The notes under the pieces: model-generated
The model's database searches: none
What the model was told of the DNA's origin: nothing
The model's input: only the letters and a program-made list of their open reading frames with translations
Shown: positions 1-8,226 of the stretch, one piece after another
How positions within the stretch are numbered: the first letter of the stretch is position 1
Layout of the letters: the number at the start of each line of letters is the position of its first letter
Program-made: the position numbers and the translations under genes
Assembly: GCA_038208765.1 (NCBI GenBank)
Contig: JBBQYK010000002.1
Coordinates: forward strand, 1 to 41,700
Length of the DNA: 41,700 nucleotides
Source of the DNA: Verrucomicrobiota bacterium
GTDB taxonomy: Bacteria; Verrucomicrobiota; Verrucomicrobiia; Limisphaerales; SIBH01
Reading direction: 5' to 3'

Positions 1-1125
1 GTGCAACGCCCGATTTTCATTCTGCTCTGCTGCGTGGCCGTCGCGACCGCCCGCGCCGCCGAGCCGTCCTTCACGACCGTGTTCACGAATGGTCAGGACG
101 GTTATCCTGCCTATCGCATTCCGTCGTTGCTCACTACGAAGCGCGGCGCGCTGCTCGCCTTCGCCGAGGGGCGCATGAGCCTGCGCGATCACGCGGAGAA
201 TGACATCGTGCTCAAGCGCAGCGCGGACGGCGGCCAGACGTGGGGCCCACTGCAACTCGTGGCCGAAGACGGCACGAACGCGCTCGGCAATCCCACCGCC
301 GTCGTCGTGCGCGACACCGGCCGCGTGCTGCTCATGTATCAGCGTTACGCCAAGGGCTTCGATGAACACAAGGCCGAGCCGGGACTCAACAGCCCGCGCG
401 TCTGCCGCACTTGGTTGCAACACAGCGACGACGATGGCGCGACCTGGACGAAGCCGCGTGAGATCACCGCGTTCGTGAAACGCCCCACCGAAGTGACCAG
501 CACCGCGACCGGGCCAGGGACCGGCTTGCAACTCGCGCGCGGAAAAAATGCGGGGCGCATTCTCATGCCGTTCAATCAAGGGCCGTACGGCAAGTGGAAG
601 GTCTATGCCGTCTTCAGCGACGACGGCGGCGCGACTTGGCGCTACGGCGACACAGCGCCCGAGCCGGGACGCGGCTTCGCCAACGAAGTTCAGTTCGTGG
701 AACTCAACGACGGCTCCGTCATGCTCAACGCCCGCAATCAGAACGGCACGAAGCTGCGCAAGGTCTCCATCAGCCGTGACGGCGGTGAAACTTGGTCTCC
801 GCTCCGCGATGATCCGGCGCTCATTGAGTCACAGTGCCAGGCCAGCATCGTGCGGCATCCCGGCGGCGGCGATCCGGCCCGCGACGTTTTCCTGTTCAGC
901 AATCCCGCCACGCAAACCGGGCGCACCAATGGCACGATCCGCCTGAGCCGCGACGAGGGCAAAACTTGGCCCGTCTCGCGGGTGCTTTATCCCGGCGGCT
1001 TTGCCTACAGTTGCCTCGCGTCATTGCCAGACGGCTCGGTCGGCTGCCTCTTCGAGCGCGATGGCTACAAAACGATTTCCTTCGCGCGCTTCACTCTCCA
1101 TTGGATCGAGGGCCGCGCGCCGTGA
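1..1125 (+). CDS. secreted exo-alpha-sialidase (GH33-type, BNR/Asp-box propeller)
   Basis: GTG start at 1. Signal-like N-terminus MQRPIFILLCCVAVATARA. YRIPSL (sialidase RIP motif) and five Asp-boxes: SADGGQTW, SDDDGATW, SDDGGATW, SRDGGETW, SRDEGKTW. The start coincides with the window edge, so an upstream extension cannot be excluded. Confidence 0.85.
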   Translation: MQRPIFILLCCVAVATARAAEPSFTTVFTNGQDGYPAYRIPSLLTTKRGALLAFAEGRMSLRDHAENDIVLKRSADGGQTWGPLQLVAEDGTNALGNPTAVVVRDTGRVLLMYQRYAKGFDEHKAEPGLNSPRVCRTWLQHSDDDGATWTKPREITAFVKRPTEVTSTATGPGTGLQLARGKNAGRILMPFNQGPYGKWKVYAVFSDDGGATWRYGDTAPEPGRGFANEVQFVELNDGSVMLNARNQNGTKLRKVSISRDGGETWSPLRDDPALIESQCQASIVRHPGGGDPARDVFLFSNPATQTGRTNGTIRLSRDEGKTWPVSRVLYPGGFAYSCLASLPDGSVGCLFERDGYKTISFARFTLHWIEGRAP

Positions 1126-1177
1126 GCCGGGAGCGCCCCGTTATTTTTCTGGGCGTTCGGTCATCCGCATCCGGTCT

Positions 1178-1248
1178 TAATTCGTTTGCCCCCATTCGTT
1201 TGCCTCAGTTCCTTTTCCCTGAAGGCAAACGAATGGGGGCAAACGAAT
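1178..1248. repeat. perfect 27-bp inverted repeat (arms 1178-1204 and 1222-1248); each arm holds two direct copies of ATTCGTTTGCC
   Basis: Read directly: AATTCGTTTGCCCCCATTCGTTTGCCT ... AGGCAAACGAATGGGGGCAAACGAATT. Lies in the intergenic region between the sialidase stop (1125) and the isomerase start (1340). Confidence 0.85.
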
Positions 1249-1339
1249 TTCCGAGCCGAAAGCGATGCTGGATTTTCTGGCGTCCGCCGCACGCCGTGAG
1301 TTGTCACCGCAAGCGCGCCCGTTCTACTCTCGCGCCGCC

Positions 1340-2254
1340 ATGAAACTCGGATTTGTCACCGCCATCGTCCCGGAGCTTTCTTTCCCGCAAGTCCTCGCGC
1401 TCGCGCGACAAGAAAATTTCGGCTGCGTCGAGGTTATGTGCTGGCCCGTCGGCAAGGCCGAGCGGAAATACGCCGGCGTGACGCACCTCGACGTGACCGG
1501 CTTCACGCCGGCCCAGGCCGACGACGCCAACGCGCTCTGCGCGCTGCACGGCGTGAGCCTGTCCGCGCTCGGCTATTATCCGAACGCGCTCGACCCCAAT
1601 CCCGCCGTGGCGAAAGTCGCCGTGACGCACATCAAGCGCGTCATCCTGGCGGCGGAAAAGCTCGGCCTGAAAAACGTGAACACCTTCATCGGCCGCGACT
1701 GGACGAAGAGCGTCGATGACAACTGGCCGCGCTTCCTGAAAACGTGGAAGCCGTTGATTGCGTTCGCCGAAGATCACGACATCCAGGTCGGCATTGAGAA
1801 CTGCCCGATGTTTTTCTCACACGACGAATGGCCGGGCGGCAAAAACCTCGCGATGTGTCCCGCGATCTGGCGGCGCATGTTCAACGACATTCCGTCGAAG
1901 AATTTTGGATTGAACTACGACCCGTCGCATCCGGCCCTGCTGCGCTTCGATCCCATCAAGCCGCTGCGTGAGTTCCGCGGCAAGCTGTTCCACATTCACG
2001 CGAAAGATGTGTTGAACGATGTGGACGCCTTCAACGATTGGGGCCTGCTCGGGTTGCCCAAGGATTACCACCAGCCGCGCATCCCCGGCTTCGGCGAAAT
2101 CAACTGGGCGCAGTTCATGGGCACGCTTCTGGAAGTCAGCTACGACGGCCCGGTGTGCATCGAGGTCGAGGACGAGACCTTCGGCAAAGACCTCGCGGGC
2201 CGGAAGCGCGCCTTGCGCGTCGCGGGGAAAGTCTTGCAGCCGTATTTTGCCTGA
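1340..2254 (+). CDS. sugar phosphate isomerase/epimerase (xylose isomerase-like TIM barrel)
   Basis: Trimmed from the 1265 ORF to the ATG at 1340 (MKLGFVTAIVPELSF...), a typical family N-terminus. Family-like segments: CVEVMCWP, VGIENCP, FHIHAKD, CIEVEDE. Confidence 0.8.
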   Translation: MKLGFVTAIVPELSFPQVLALARQENFGCVEVMCWPVGKAERKYAGVTHLDVTGFTPAQADDANALCALHGVSLSALGYYPNALDPNPAVAKVAVTHIKRVILAAEKLGLKNVNTFIGRDWTKSVDDNWPRFLKTWKPLIAFAEDHDIQVGIENCPMFFSHDEWPGGKNLAMCPAIWRRMFNDIPSKNFGLNYDPSHPALLRFDPIKPLREFRGKLFHIHAKDVLNDVDAFNDWGLLGLPKDYHQPRIPGFGEINWAQFMGTLLEVSYDGPVCIEVEDETFGKDLAGRKRALRVAGKVLQPYFA

Positions 2255-2298
2255 ATCAATTTTCGAACAACTGATCAAAGACCACTGACTACTGACGC

Positions 2299-3072
2299 AT
2301 GAACACGACCGTCACCCTCCGCGACCTCGCCAAAATGATCGACCACTCGCTCCTGCATCCCACGATGACGGACGACGACGTGCGCAAAGGCTGCGAACTG
2401 GCGCGGAAATATGACGTGGCGACGGCGTGCGTGAAGCCCTACTCCATTCCGCTCGCGCGCGAAGTGCTGGCCGGCTCCAGCGTGCTGGTCTGCCCGGTGA
2501 TTGGCTTCCCGCATGGCAACAGCACCACGACGATGAAGGCCCGCGAAGCCGAGGCGGCGGCGCAGGCGGGCGGCGCGGAGATCGATATGGTCATCAACAT
2601 CGGCAAGGCGCTGGGCGGCGACTGGACTTACGTGCGCGATGAGATCCAGGCCATCAACGATGTGGTGGTGGCGAACGGCGCGATCCTGAAAGTGATTTTC
2701 GAGAACGACTACTTGCAGAACGCGCACATCATCAAGCTCTGCGAAATCTGTTCCGCCATCGGCGTGGCCTTCGTGAAGACCTCGACGGGCTACGGTTTTG
2801 TGAAGCAGCCGGATGGCTCGTACAACTACAAGGGCGCGACGATCCCACACTTAAAGCTGATGCGCGCGAACTGCCCGCCCAGCGTCCAGATCAAGGCGGC
2901 GGGCGGCGTGCGCACGCTGGATGATTTGTTGCTCGTGCGTTCGCTCGGCGTGACACGCATCGGCGCGACGGCCACGGCGGCGATGCTCGACGAGGCGAAG
3001 AAACGGGGCATCGGAGAAACACCCGTGACGATGGAGAGCGCTTCGAAGGGACTGGCGGCGGGCGGGTACTGA
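2299..3072 (+). CDS. deoC: deoxyribose-phosphate aldolase
   Basis: IDHSLLHPTMT, ACVKPY, VIGFPHG, EIDMVINIG and the Schiff-base region FVKTSTGYG are classic DeoC signatures. Confidence 0.9.
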   Translation: MNTTVTLRDLAKMIDHSLLHPTMTDDDVRKGCELARKYDVATACVKPYSIPLAREVLAGSSVLVCPVIGFPHGNSTTTMKAREAEAAAQAGGAEIDMVINIGKALGGDWTYVRDEIQAINDVVVANGAILKVIFENDYLQNAHIIKLCEICSAIGVAFVKTSTGYGFVKQPDGSYNYKGATIPHLKLMRANCPPSVQIKAAGGVRTLDDLLLVRSLGVTRIGATATAAMLDEAKKRGIGETPVTMESASKGLAAGGY

Positions 3073-3188
3073 GCGTGCTGCCGGTTGCAACCGGCAGGTG
3101 CGGCTCTCGCACTTCCATGGCGGCGGAACTTGCGAACGCTGTTCTCACGGGGCGGTCCTGCCAGTTGCAAACTGGCCGCACGTTTAAG

Positions 3189-3216
3189 AAAAAAGCGGCA
3201 GTCTTTCGACTGCCGC
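3189..3216 (-). terminator. rho-independent terminator of the prs...rplI operon
   Basis: Stem GCGGCAGTC(3195-3203)/GACTGCCGC(3208-3216) with loop TTTC. On the minus strand the stem is followed by a T6 run (A-run 3189-3194 on plus). Lies 27 nt downstream of the rplI stop. Confidence 0.65.
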
Positions 3217-3242
3217 TCTCTCTCGTAAAAACTCGCGCTTAC

Positions 3243-3812
3243 TTACTTCTTCTCAGCGCGCTTGGGCTTCGCTTCCACCTGCGGTTCGTCGCCTTTGCGG
3301 CCACGCTTCTCGCTGACGCGTCCGCCGGCAGCGGCAGCTTCGGGCGTCGGAAGCGGATGATCGCTTTCCACGCGCACTTTCATCGAAGTGGTGACTTCGG
3401 CGTGCAGGCGCAACTGGACTTCGTGTTCGCCCAAGGTCTTGATCGGCGCGTCGAGGTGAATCTTTTTCTTGTCGAGCGTGATGTCGAACTGAGTCTTGAG
3501 CTGGTCGGCAATGGTGCCGGACGTGACCGCGCCGAACATCTTGCCGTCGTCGCCGGTCTTGACCGTGATGACCGCGATGAGCTTCGAGATGCTCTTGGAC
3601 AACTCGTTCATGGTGTTGAACTCGTGCGCCTCGCGCTCGGCGCGTCGCTGGCGGAGCGATTCGAGACGGCGCTTGTTGGCGCCGCTGACCGGAATGGCGA
3701 GGCCCTGCGGGTAGAGATAGTTGCGCGCGTAACCGGCGGCGACCTTCACCTGGTCGGATTCACCGCCGAGTCCGGCGATGTTGTGAGTGAGAATGACTTC
3801 AGTCTTGGGCAT
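3243..3812 (-). CDS. rplI: 50S ribosomal protein L9 with a roughly 40-aa charged C-terminal extension
   Basis: N-terminus MPKTEVILTHNIAGLGGESDQVKVAAGYARNYLYPQGLA is a canonical L9 signature. At 189 aa it is longer than a typical L9 of about 150 aa. Confidence 0.9.
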   Translation of the reverse strand: MPKTEVILTHNIAGLGGESDQVKVAAGYARNYLYPQGLAIPVSGANKRRLESLRQRRAEREAHEFNTMNELSKSISKLIAVITVKTGDDGKMFGAVTSGTIADQLKTQFDITLDKKKIHLDAPIKTLGEHEVQLRLHAEVTTSMKVRVESDHPLPTPEAAAAGGRVSEKRGRKGDEPQVEAKPKRAEKK

Positions 3813-3836
3813 AAATTTTTGAGAGTTGAACGTGAA

Positions 3837-4304
3837 TCAGAACGGGACGTCGTCGCCTTCGTGCGGCGGAACATCGGAATCAGGAGCAGGCGCGGACGGG
3901 GCCGCCGGACGCGAGGGGCGCGGGGCCGAGGGTGCGGACGGAGCCGAAGGAACGCCCCCGCCTTCGCGGTTGCCGGAGTCGAGAAATTGAAATGATTCGA
4001 GAGTGACGCCCAGCCGGCTTTTCTTCTGGCCGGTCTGCTTGTCATCCCATTGATCGAGCTTGAGACGGCCTTCCACCAGGAGGGGGCGGCCCTTCCGCAT
4101 GTATTGGCCAATGACTTCCGCCTGCTTGCCGAAAGCGTCCACGTCCACAAAGGTGACGTCTTCCTTCGTCTCGCCGGCTTCGTTCGTCCACTTGCGATTG
4201 ATGGCCAGGCCGATTTTGGCAATGGCCGTCCCCTTGGGCGTATAGCGCAACTCAGGATCGCGCGTCAGGTTGCCCGCCAGGATGACTTTGTTGAAATTGG
4301 CCAC
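3837..4304 (-). CDS. ssb: single-stranded DNA-binding protein
   Basis: MANFNKVILAGNLTRDPELRYTPKG OB-fold N-terminus, Pro/Ser/Ala-rich linker, acidic C-terminal tip GDDVPF. Confidence 0.92.
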   Translation of the reverse strand: MANFNKVILAGNLTRDPELRYTPKGTAIAKIGLAINRKWTNEAGETKEDVTFVDVDAFGKQAEVIGQYMRKGRPLLVEGRLKLDQWDDKQTGQKKSRLGVTLESFQFLDSGNREGGGVPSAPSAPSAPRPSRPAAPSAPAPDSDVPPHEGDDVPF

Positions 4305-4319
4305 GGTTCCCTCGCTGGA

Positions 4320-4631
4320 TTACTTCGCCGCCGCTTCCGCGACCGTGTTCGCCTCGGTGAAGAGGACGCGGAACACGTCGTTGTTCAGCGCGAACTTGCT
4401 GCGCAGGGCCGCGATGACCGTCGCGCCCGCCTCGAAAATGACGTTGACGTAAAAGCCGGACGTGTGCCGCTTGTCGGCCACGCGCGTGAAGGCGCGCTTG
4501 TCCATCTTCTGCACGGTCTCGACCTTGCCGCCCGCCGCCGTGATGTCCGCCGAGATGGCGTCAATGATGTCCTTGACGCTTTCTTCCTTCGCCGCCGTGT
4601 TCAAAATGAACAAACCTTCGTATCGTTTCAT
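4320..4631 (-). CDS. rpsF: 30S ribosomal protein S6
   Basis: MKRYEGLFILN... and a size of 103 aa are typical of S6. The start overlaps the pth stop (ATGA). Confidence 0.9.
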   Translation of the reverse strand: MKRYEGLFILNTAAKEESVKDIIDAISADITAAGGKVETVQKMDKRAFTRVADKRHTSGFYVNVIFEAGATVIAALRSKFALNNDVFRVLFTEANTVAEAAAK

Positions 4632-5245
4632 GCTTCTTTCTGGTCGGAGCTTGCGGCCCCGTTAAATCGATTCATTGCCTTCTCAATTCCCTCCGCGACC
4701 CGGCACTCGGCCTGGTCAGCGGCCCGCTGCAAAACTTTTTCCAAGAGCGGCGCTTCGTCTTTGCCGAACTTGCCGAGCACATGGCCCGTGATTTCCCGCC
4801 GGCCATCCTGACGCCCGATGCCCACCTTCAGCCGCGCGAACTCGCGCGAGCCGACGTGCTGCTCAATGGACTCCAGTCCATGATGCCCGCCACTGCTGCC
4901 CTTCGGCTTCAGCCGGATTTGGCCGAACGGCAAATCCGCGTCATCCACCACCACCAGCAACTGCGCCAGCGGCACCTGATAAAAATTCATCAGCGCACTT
5001 ACTGACTGTCCGCTCAAATTCATGAACGTCTGTGGCTCGGCCCACAGAACCTTGCGGCCGTCCCGCTCCGCTTTCGCCACGCGCGCGTTGAACTTCTTCT
5101 CGAAGTTCCAGCCGGCTTTCGCCCGCTGCGCCAGTTCCTCGACGACGAGAAAACCCGCGTTGTGTCGGGTGCGCGAATAATCCGCACCCGGATTTCCCAA
5201 ACCCACGATGAGAAACAAAGTCTCCATCAGTGGGTTGGAGTTCAC
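4628..5245 (-). CDS. pth: peptidyl-tRNA hydrolase
   Basis: LIVGLGNPGADYSRTRHNAGF catalytic His motif. Conserved prs-ctc-pth neighbourhood. Confidence 0.92.
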   Translation of the reverse strand: MNSNPLMETLFLIVGLGNPGADYSRTRHNAGFLVVEELAQRAKAGWNFEKKFNARVAKAERDGRKVLWAEPQTFMNLSGQSVSALMNFYQVPLAQLLVVVDDADLPFGQIRLKPKGSSGGHHGLESIEQHVGSREFARLKVGIGRQDGRREITGHVLGKFGKDEAPLLEKVLQRAADQAECRVAEGIEKAMNRFNGAASSDQKEA

Positions 5246-5301
5246 GCTTTAGCGTGCGCCGGAACAAGCTAAAGCTTGGACTCCAGCGGAACGCCGAGGC
5301 G

Positions 5302-6042
5302 TTACTTCTTTTTTTCTTCCTTCTTGTCCCCGGCGGCAGCCTTGGCCGGAGCGGCACCTTTCGCCGGCGCAGCTTTTGCGTCGGCCGCCGTGCCATCTTC
5401 TTTCTTCTCCTTGATCATCTCGACTTCGCCCGTCGTGCCAGCCGCAGCGGCGGCGGCGGTTTCTTCGGCCTCGGTCACAGGCGCGGACACGGAGAAGACC
5501 ACGTTCTTTTTATCGCCGAGGAATTCCACGCCTTCGAGGGCCGGAATTTCGCCGAGGTGAATGGCCTGGCCGATTGCCAGCGCCGAGACATCCACGGTAA
5601 TCTGTTCGGGCAAATCTTTCGGGAGCGCGCGCACGCGGAGCTTGAAGACGATGTGTTCGAGCGTGCCGCCGCCGGTCTTGACGCCGGTCGCTTCGCCCTT
5701 CGGCTCGACGGGCACCAGCACGGTGACAGTTTGGTTCTCCGCGACCTCGTGAAGATCCACATGGAGGATGGTGCCGCGCAGCGGGTGATGCTGGATGTCC
5801 TGGACCAGCGCGAGACGACTGGCTTTCGCGTCATCCTTCACCGCGAGATCCACGAGCACATTCTCGCTCACGGAATGCTTGATGAGGTTGTCGATCTCGA
5901 CCTGGTTCAGCTCGAGGTTCTGCGGCTGCACGCCCCGTCCGTAAATGACGGCGGGTACGCGCTTGGCTTGTTCGCGCAGTTTCTTCACTCCACCGCGGCG
6001 GACAGCCGTGCGGGGAAACGCATTCAATGGCACTGATTTCAT
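5302..6042 (-). CDS. rplY: 50S ribosomal protein L25/general stress protein Ctc with a Lys/Ala-rich tail
   Basis: Trimmed to the ATG at 6042 (MKSVPLNAFPR...RVPAVIYGRG...). Full-length Ctc form. The C-terminal roughly 50 aa are Ala/Lys/Glu-rich. Confidence 0.85.
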   Translation of the reverse strand: MKSVPLNAFPRTAVRRGGVKKLREQAKRVPAVIYGRGVQPQNLELNQVEIDNLIKHSVSENVLVDLAVKDDAKASRLALVQDIQHHPLRGTILHVDLHEVAENQTVTVLVPVEPKGEATGVKTGGGTLEHIVFKLRVRALPKDLPEQITVDVSALAIGQAIHLGEIPALEGVEFLGDKKNVVFSVSAPVTEAEETAAAAAAGTTGEVEMIKEKKEDGTAADAKAAPAKGAAPAKAAAGDKKEEKKK

Positions 6043-6064
6043 TCTTAAATCTTTCTCGAAAGGG

Positions 6065-7042
6065 CTAGCTGGTGCGCCCACCCTTAAATTCAAAAAGCGA
6101 AGTCACCGACGAATTGCTGTGAATTCGTTTGATGGCTTCACCCAGCAAACCCGCCACCGACAATGTGGTTATTTTCACACCGTCGATTTCGGGGCGGCAG
6201 ACGGTATCAGTGGTGATTAGTTCGTCAATGTTCGATTTTCGCAATCTTTCAATGCCGAGGTCGTTGAGCAAAGCATGGGAAACACAGGCCAAAACCTGCT
6301 TCGCGCCGCTTTTTTTCAGCAGCGCCGCCGCCGTGGTCAGCGTGCCCGCCGTCTCCGTCAGATCATCCACGAGCAGAATGTTTCGTCCGTCAATGTCGCC
6401 GATGATGCCCATGCTCTCGACCTCGCTCGCGGACTTCCGGCGCTTGGCGACGATGGCCAGTTCCATGTCCAGCGCCTGCGAATACGCGTAAGCCATTTTC
6501 AACCCGCCCACGTCGGGACTCACCACGATGAAGTTCCGCAAATCCTTCGTCTTCAAATACTCGTAAATCACCGGCGCGGCGTAGAGATGATCGACCGGGA
6601 TGTCGAAGAAGCCCTGAATCTGTTGCGCGTGCAAATCCATCGTGAGGACGCGGTTCGCGCCCGCCGTCACCAGCAGGTTCGCCACGAGTTTGGCGGTGAT
6701 GGGCACGCGCGGCTGGTCTTTGCGATCCTGGCGCGCGTAACCGTAGAACGGCAGCACCGCCGTGATGCGGTCCGCGCTCGCCCGCTTCAACGCATCAATC
6801 ATGATGAACATCTCCATCAAGTTGTGGTTCGTGGGCGGGCAGGTGGACTGCACGAGGAAGACGTCTTCGCCGCGCACGTTCTCCTCGATCTTCACAAACG
6901 TCTCACCATCGGGAAACGCGCTCACCGTGCTCTTGCCCAGTTCGGCGCCGATGTTTTTGGCGATGGACTCCGCGAGGGGGCGATTGGACGTGCCGCAAAA
7001 AATTTTCACAGGTGCAATGGATTCAGAGACAGCAAACGCCAC
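6065..7042 (-). CDS. prs: ribose-phosphate pyrophosphokinase
   Basis: FPDGETFVKIEENVRGEDVFLVQS, YGYARQDRKD, VVSPDVGG and the PRPP loop LVDDLTETAGT. Confidence 0.93.
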   Translation of the reverse strand: MAFAVSESIAPVKIFCGTSNRPLAESIAKNIGAELGKSTVSAFPDGETFVKIEENVRGEDVFLVQSTCPPTNHNLMEMFIMIDALKRASADRITAVLPFYGYARQDRKDQPRVPITAKLVANLLVTAGANRVLTMDLHAQQIQGFFDIPVDHLYAAPVIYEYLKTKDLRNFIVVSPDVGGLKMAYAYSQALDMELAIVAKRRKSASEVESMGIIGDIDGRNILLVDDLTETAGTLTTAAALLKKSGAKQVLACVSHALLNDLGIERLRKSNIDELITTDTVCRPEIDGVKITTLSVAGLLGEAIKRIHSNSSVTSLFEFKGGRTS

Positions 7043-7128
7043 CGGTCTGGTGGCGACGGGCGCGAATCTAAACAGCGGCGGGGGTGTGGCAAGCAGGATT
7101 TGCGGACGGCGGGCCGCGCCGGGCTTCG

Positions 7129-8226
7129 CTACGGATCCAGCACGACGTGCTTAATCTTCTGCCGCTTCCAAGTGTAAGTCACATGCACGCGACCGTCGCG
7201 GGTTTGAATCATCGCGGGATAGGAATACTCGCCCGGCTCATTCTCCAGCGTGACGACGTTCGTCCAGTTCGTGCCGTCGTGGGAGGAAGCAATGCTGAGC
7301 GGCGTGCGCCCGCGCGGCGTGTTGTTGTAGATGAGCAGCGCGCGCCCGTCCTTGAGGAGAATGGAATCCAAGCCCGTGCTCGGGTTCAACAACGCGGTCG
7401 CGCGCATCGGAGAGAAAGTCTTTCCGCCATCTTGCGTCCAGCATTCGGTTACTTTGCCCTGACGGCTGCGGTTGAGCAGTTGGATGCGCTGGGATGACCA
7501 CGGGAGAATCGTCGGCTGGATCGCGCCGAACTCTTTTCCATCATTCAACGCTTCTGAGCGCGTCCACGTCTGGCCGAGGTCGCGGGTGAATTCCAGATGC
7601 ACGCGCCAGCCATCGTGCTCGCTGCTCGAGCCGCACCAGAGCGTGTCGCCGATCATCACGGGCTTGGCGCGGATGGGGCCGAGAATGTTTTCCGGCAATC
7701 GCTCGGGCTTCGACCAAGTGCGGCCCGCGTCGTCAGACTTGATCAACATGCCCCACCAGTTATGCGGCTTGGGGCCGACTTTGTAGAAGAGCAGGAGCGG
7801 GCCGCCGTTCGGTGCTTGGAACAACACCGGATTCCAGCATGGCCAGCGCGTGCCGTCCGCCTGCACGCCGGTGGCGACTTCTACGGGCGCGCTCCAATTC
7901 TTCCCCTCGTGGCGCGCGGTCCAGATGGTCACGTCGGGATTGCCTTCATCGGAGCCGCCGAACCATGCGGCCATCAGTCCCGACTTTGTCTCCACGATGG
8001 TCGAGGCGTGGCAGGAGGGGAACGGCGCGCGTTCGTAGATGAATTCGGAGTGCTTCACAACCAACTGCGTGCGCGGCGTGATGCAGCCGGTCAAAAGCAA
8101 CGGCAGCAGGCACGCCACGATGGGAGCGCCGGCTTCCAGCACGGCGCGCAGGAGTGTGCGGATGCCGAACGCGCCGTGCTGGAAGCCGGCGCTCCGTTCC
8201 GCAGTCACGCGCTCGGCGTTCATCAC
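7129..8226 (-). CDS. BNR/sialidase-like lipoprotein (predicted neuraminidase family)
   Basis: Lipobox LLLTGC. Asp-box-like SDDAGRTW, TRDLGQTW, TQDGGKTF, SHDGTNW. The GTG/ATG start (8226/8223) overlaps the stop of the upstream esterase. Confidence 0.75.
   Translation of the reverse strand: MMNAERVTAERSAGFQHGAFGIRTLLRAVLEAGAPIVACLLPLLLTGCITPRTQLVVKHSEFIYERAPFPSCHASTIVETKSGLMAAWFGGSDEGNPDVTIWTARHEGKNWSAPVEVATGVQADGTRWPCWNPVLFQAPNGGPLLLFYKVGPKPHNWWGMLIKSDDAGRTWSKPERLPENILGPIRAKPVMIGDTLWCGSSSEHDGWRVHLEFTRDLGQTWTRSEALNDGKEFGAIQPTILPWSSQRIQLLNRSRQGKVTECWTQDGGKTFSPMRATALLNPSTGLDSILLKDGRALLIYNNTPRGRTPLSIASSHDGTNWTNVVTLENEPGEYSYPAMIQTRDGRVHVTYTWKRQKIKHVVLDP

Noticed and set aside
3813-3836. A hidden rpsR (S18) gene between ssb and rplI
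   Set aside because: The gap is only 24 bp. No frame in the surrounding region encodes an S18-like peptide.
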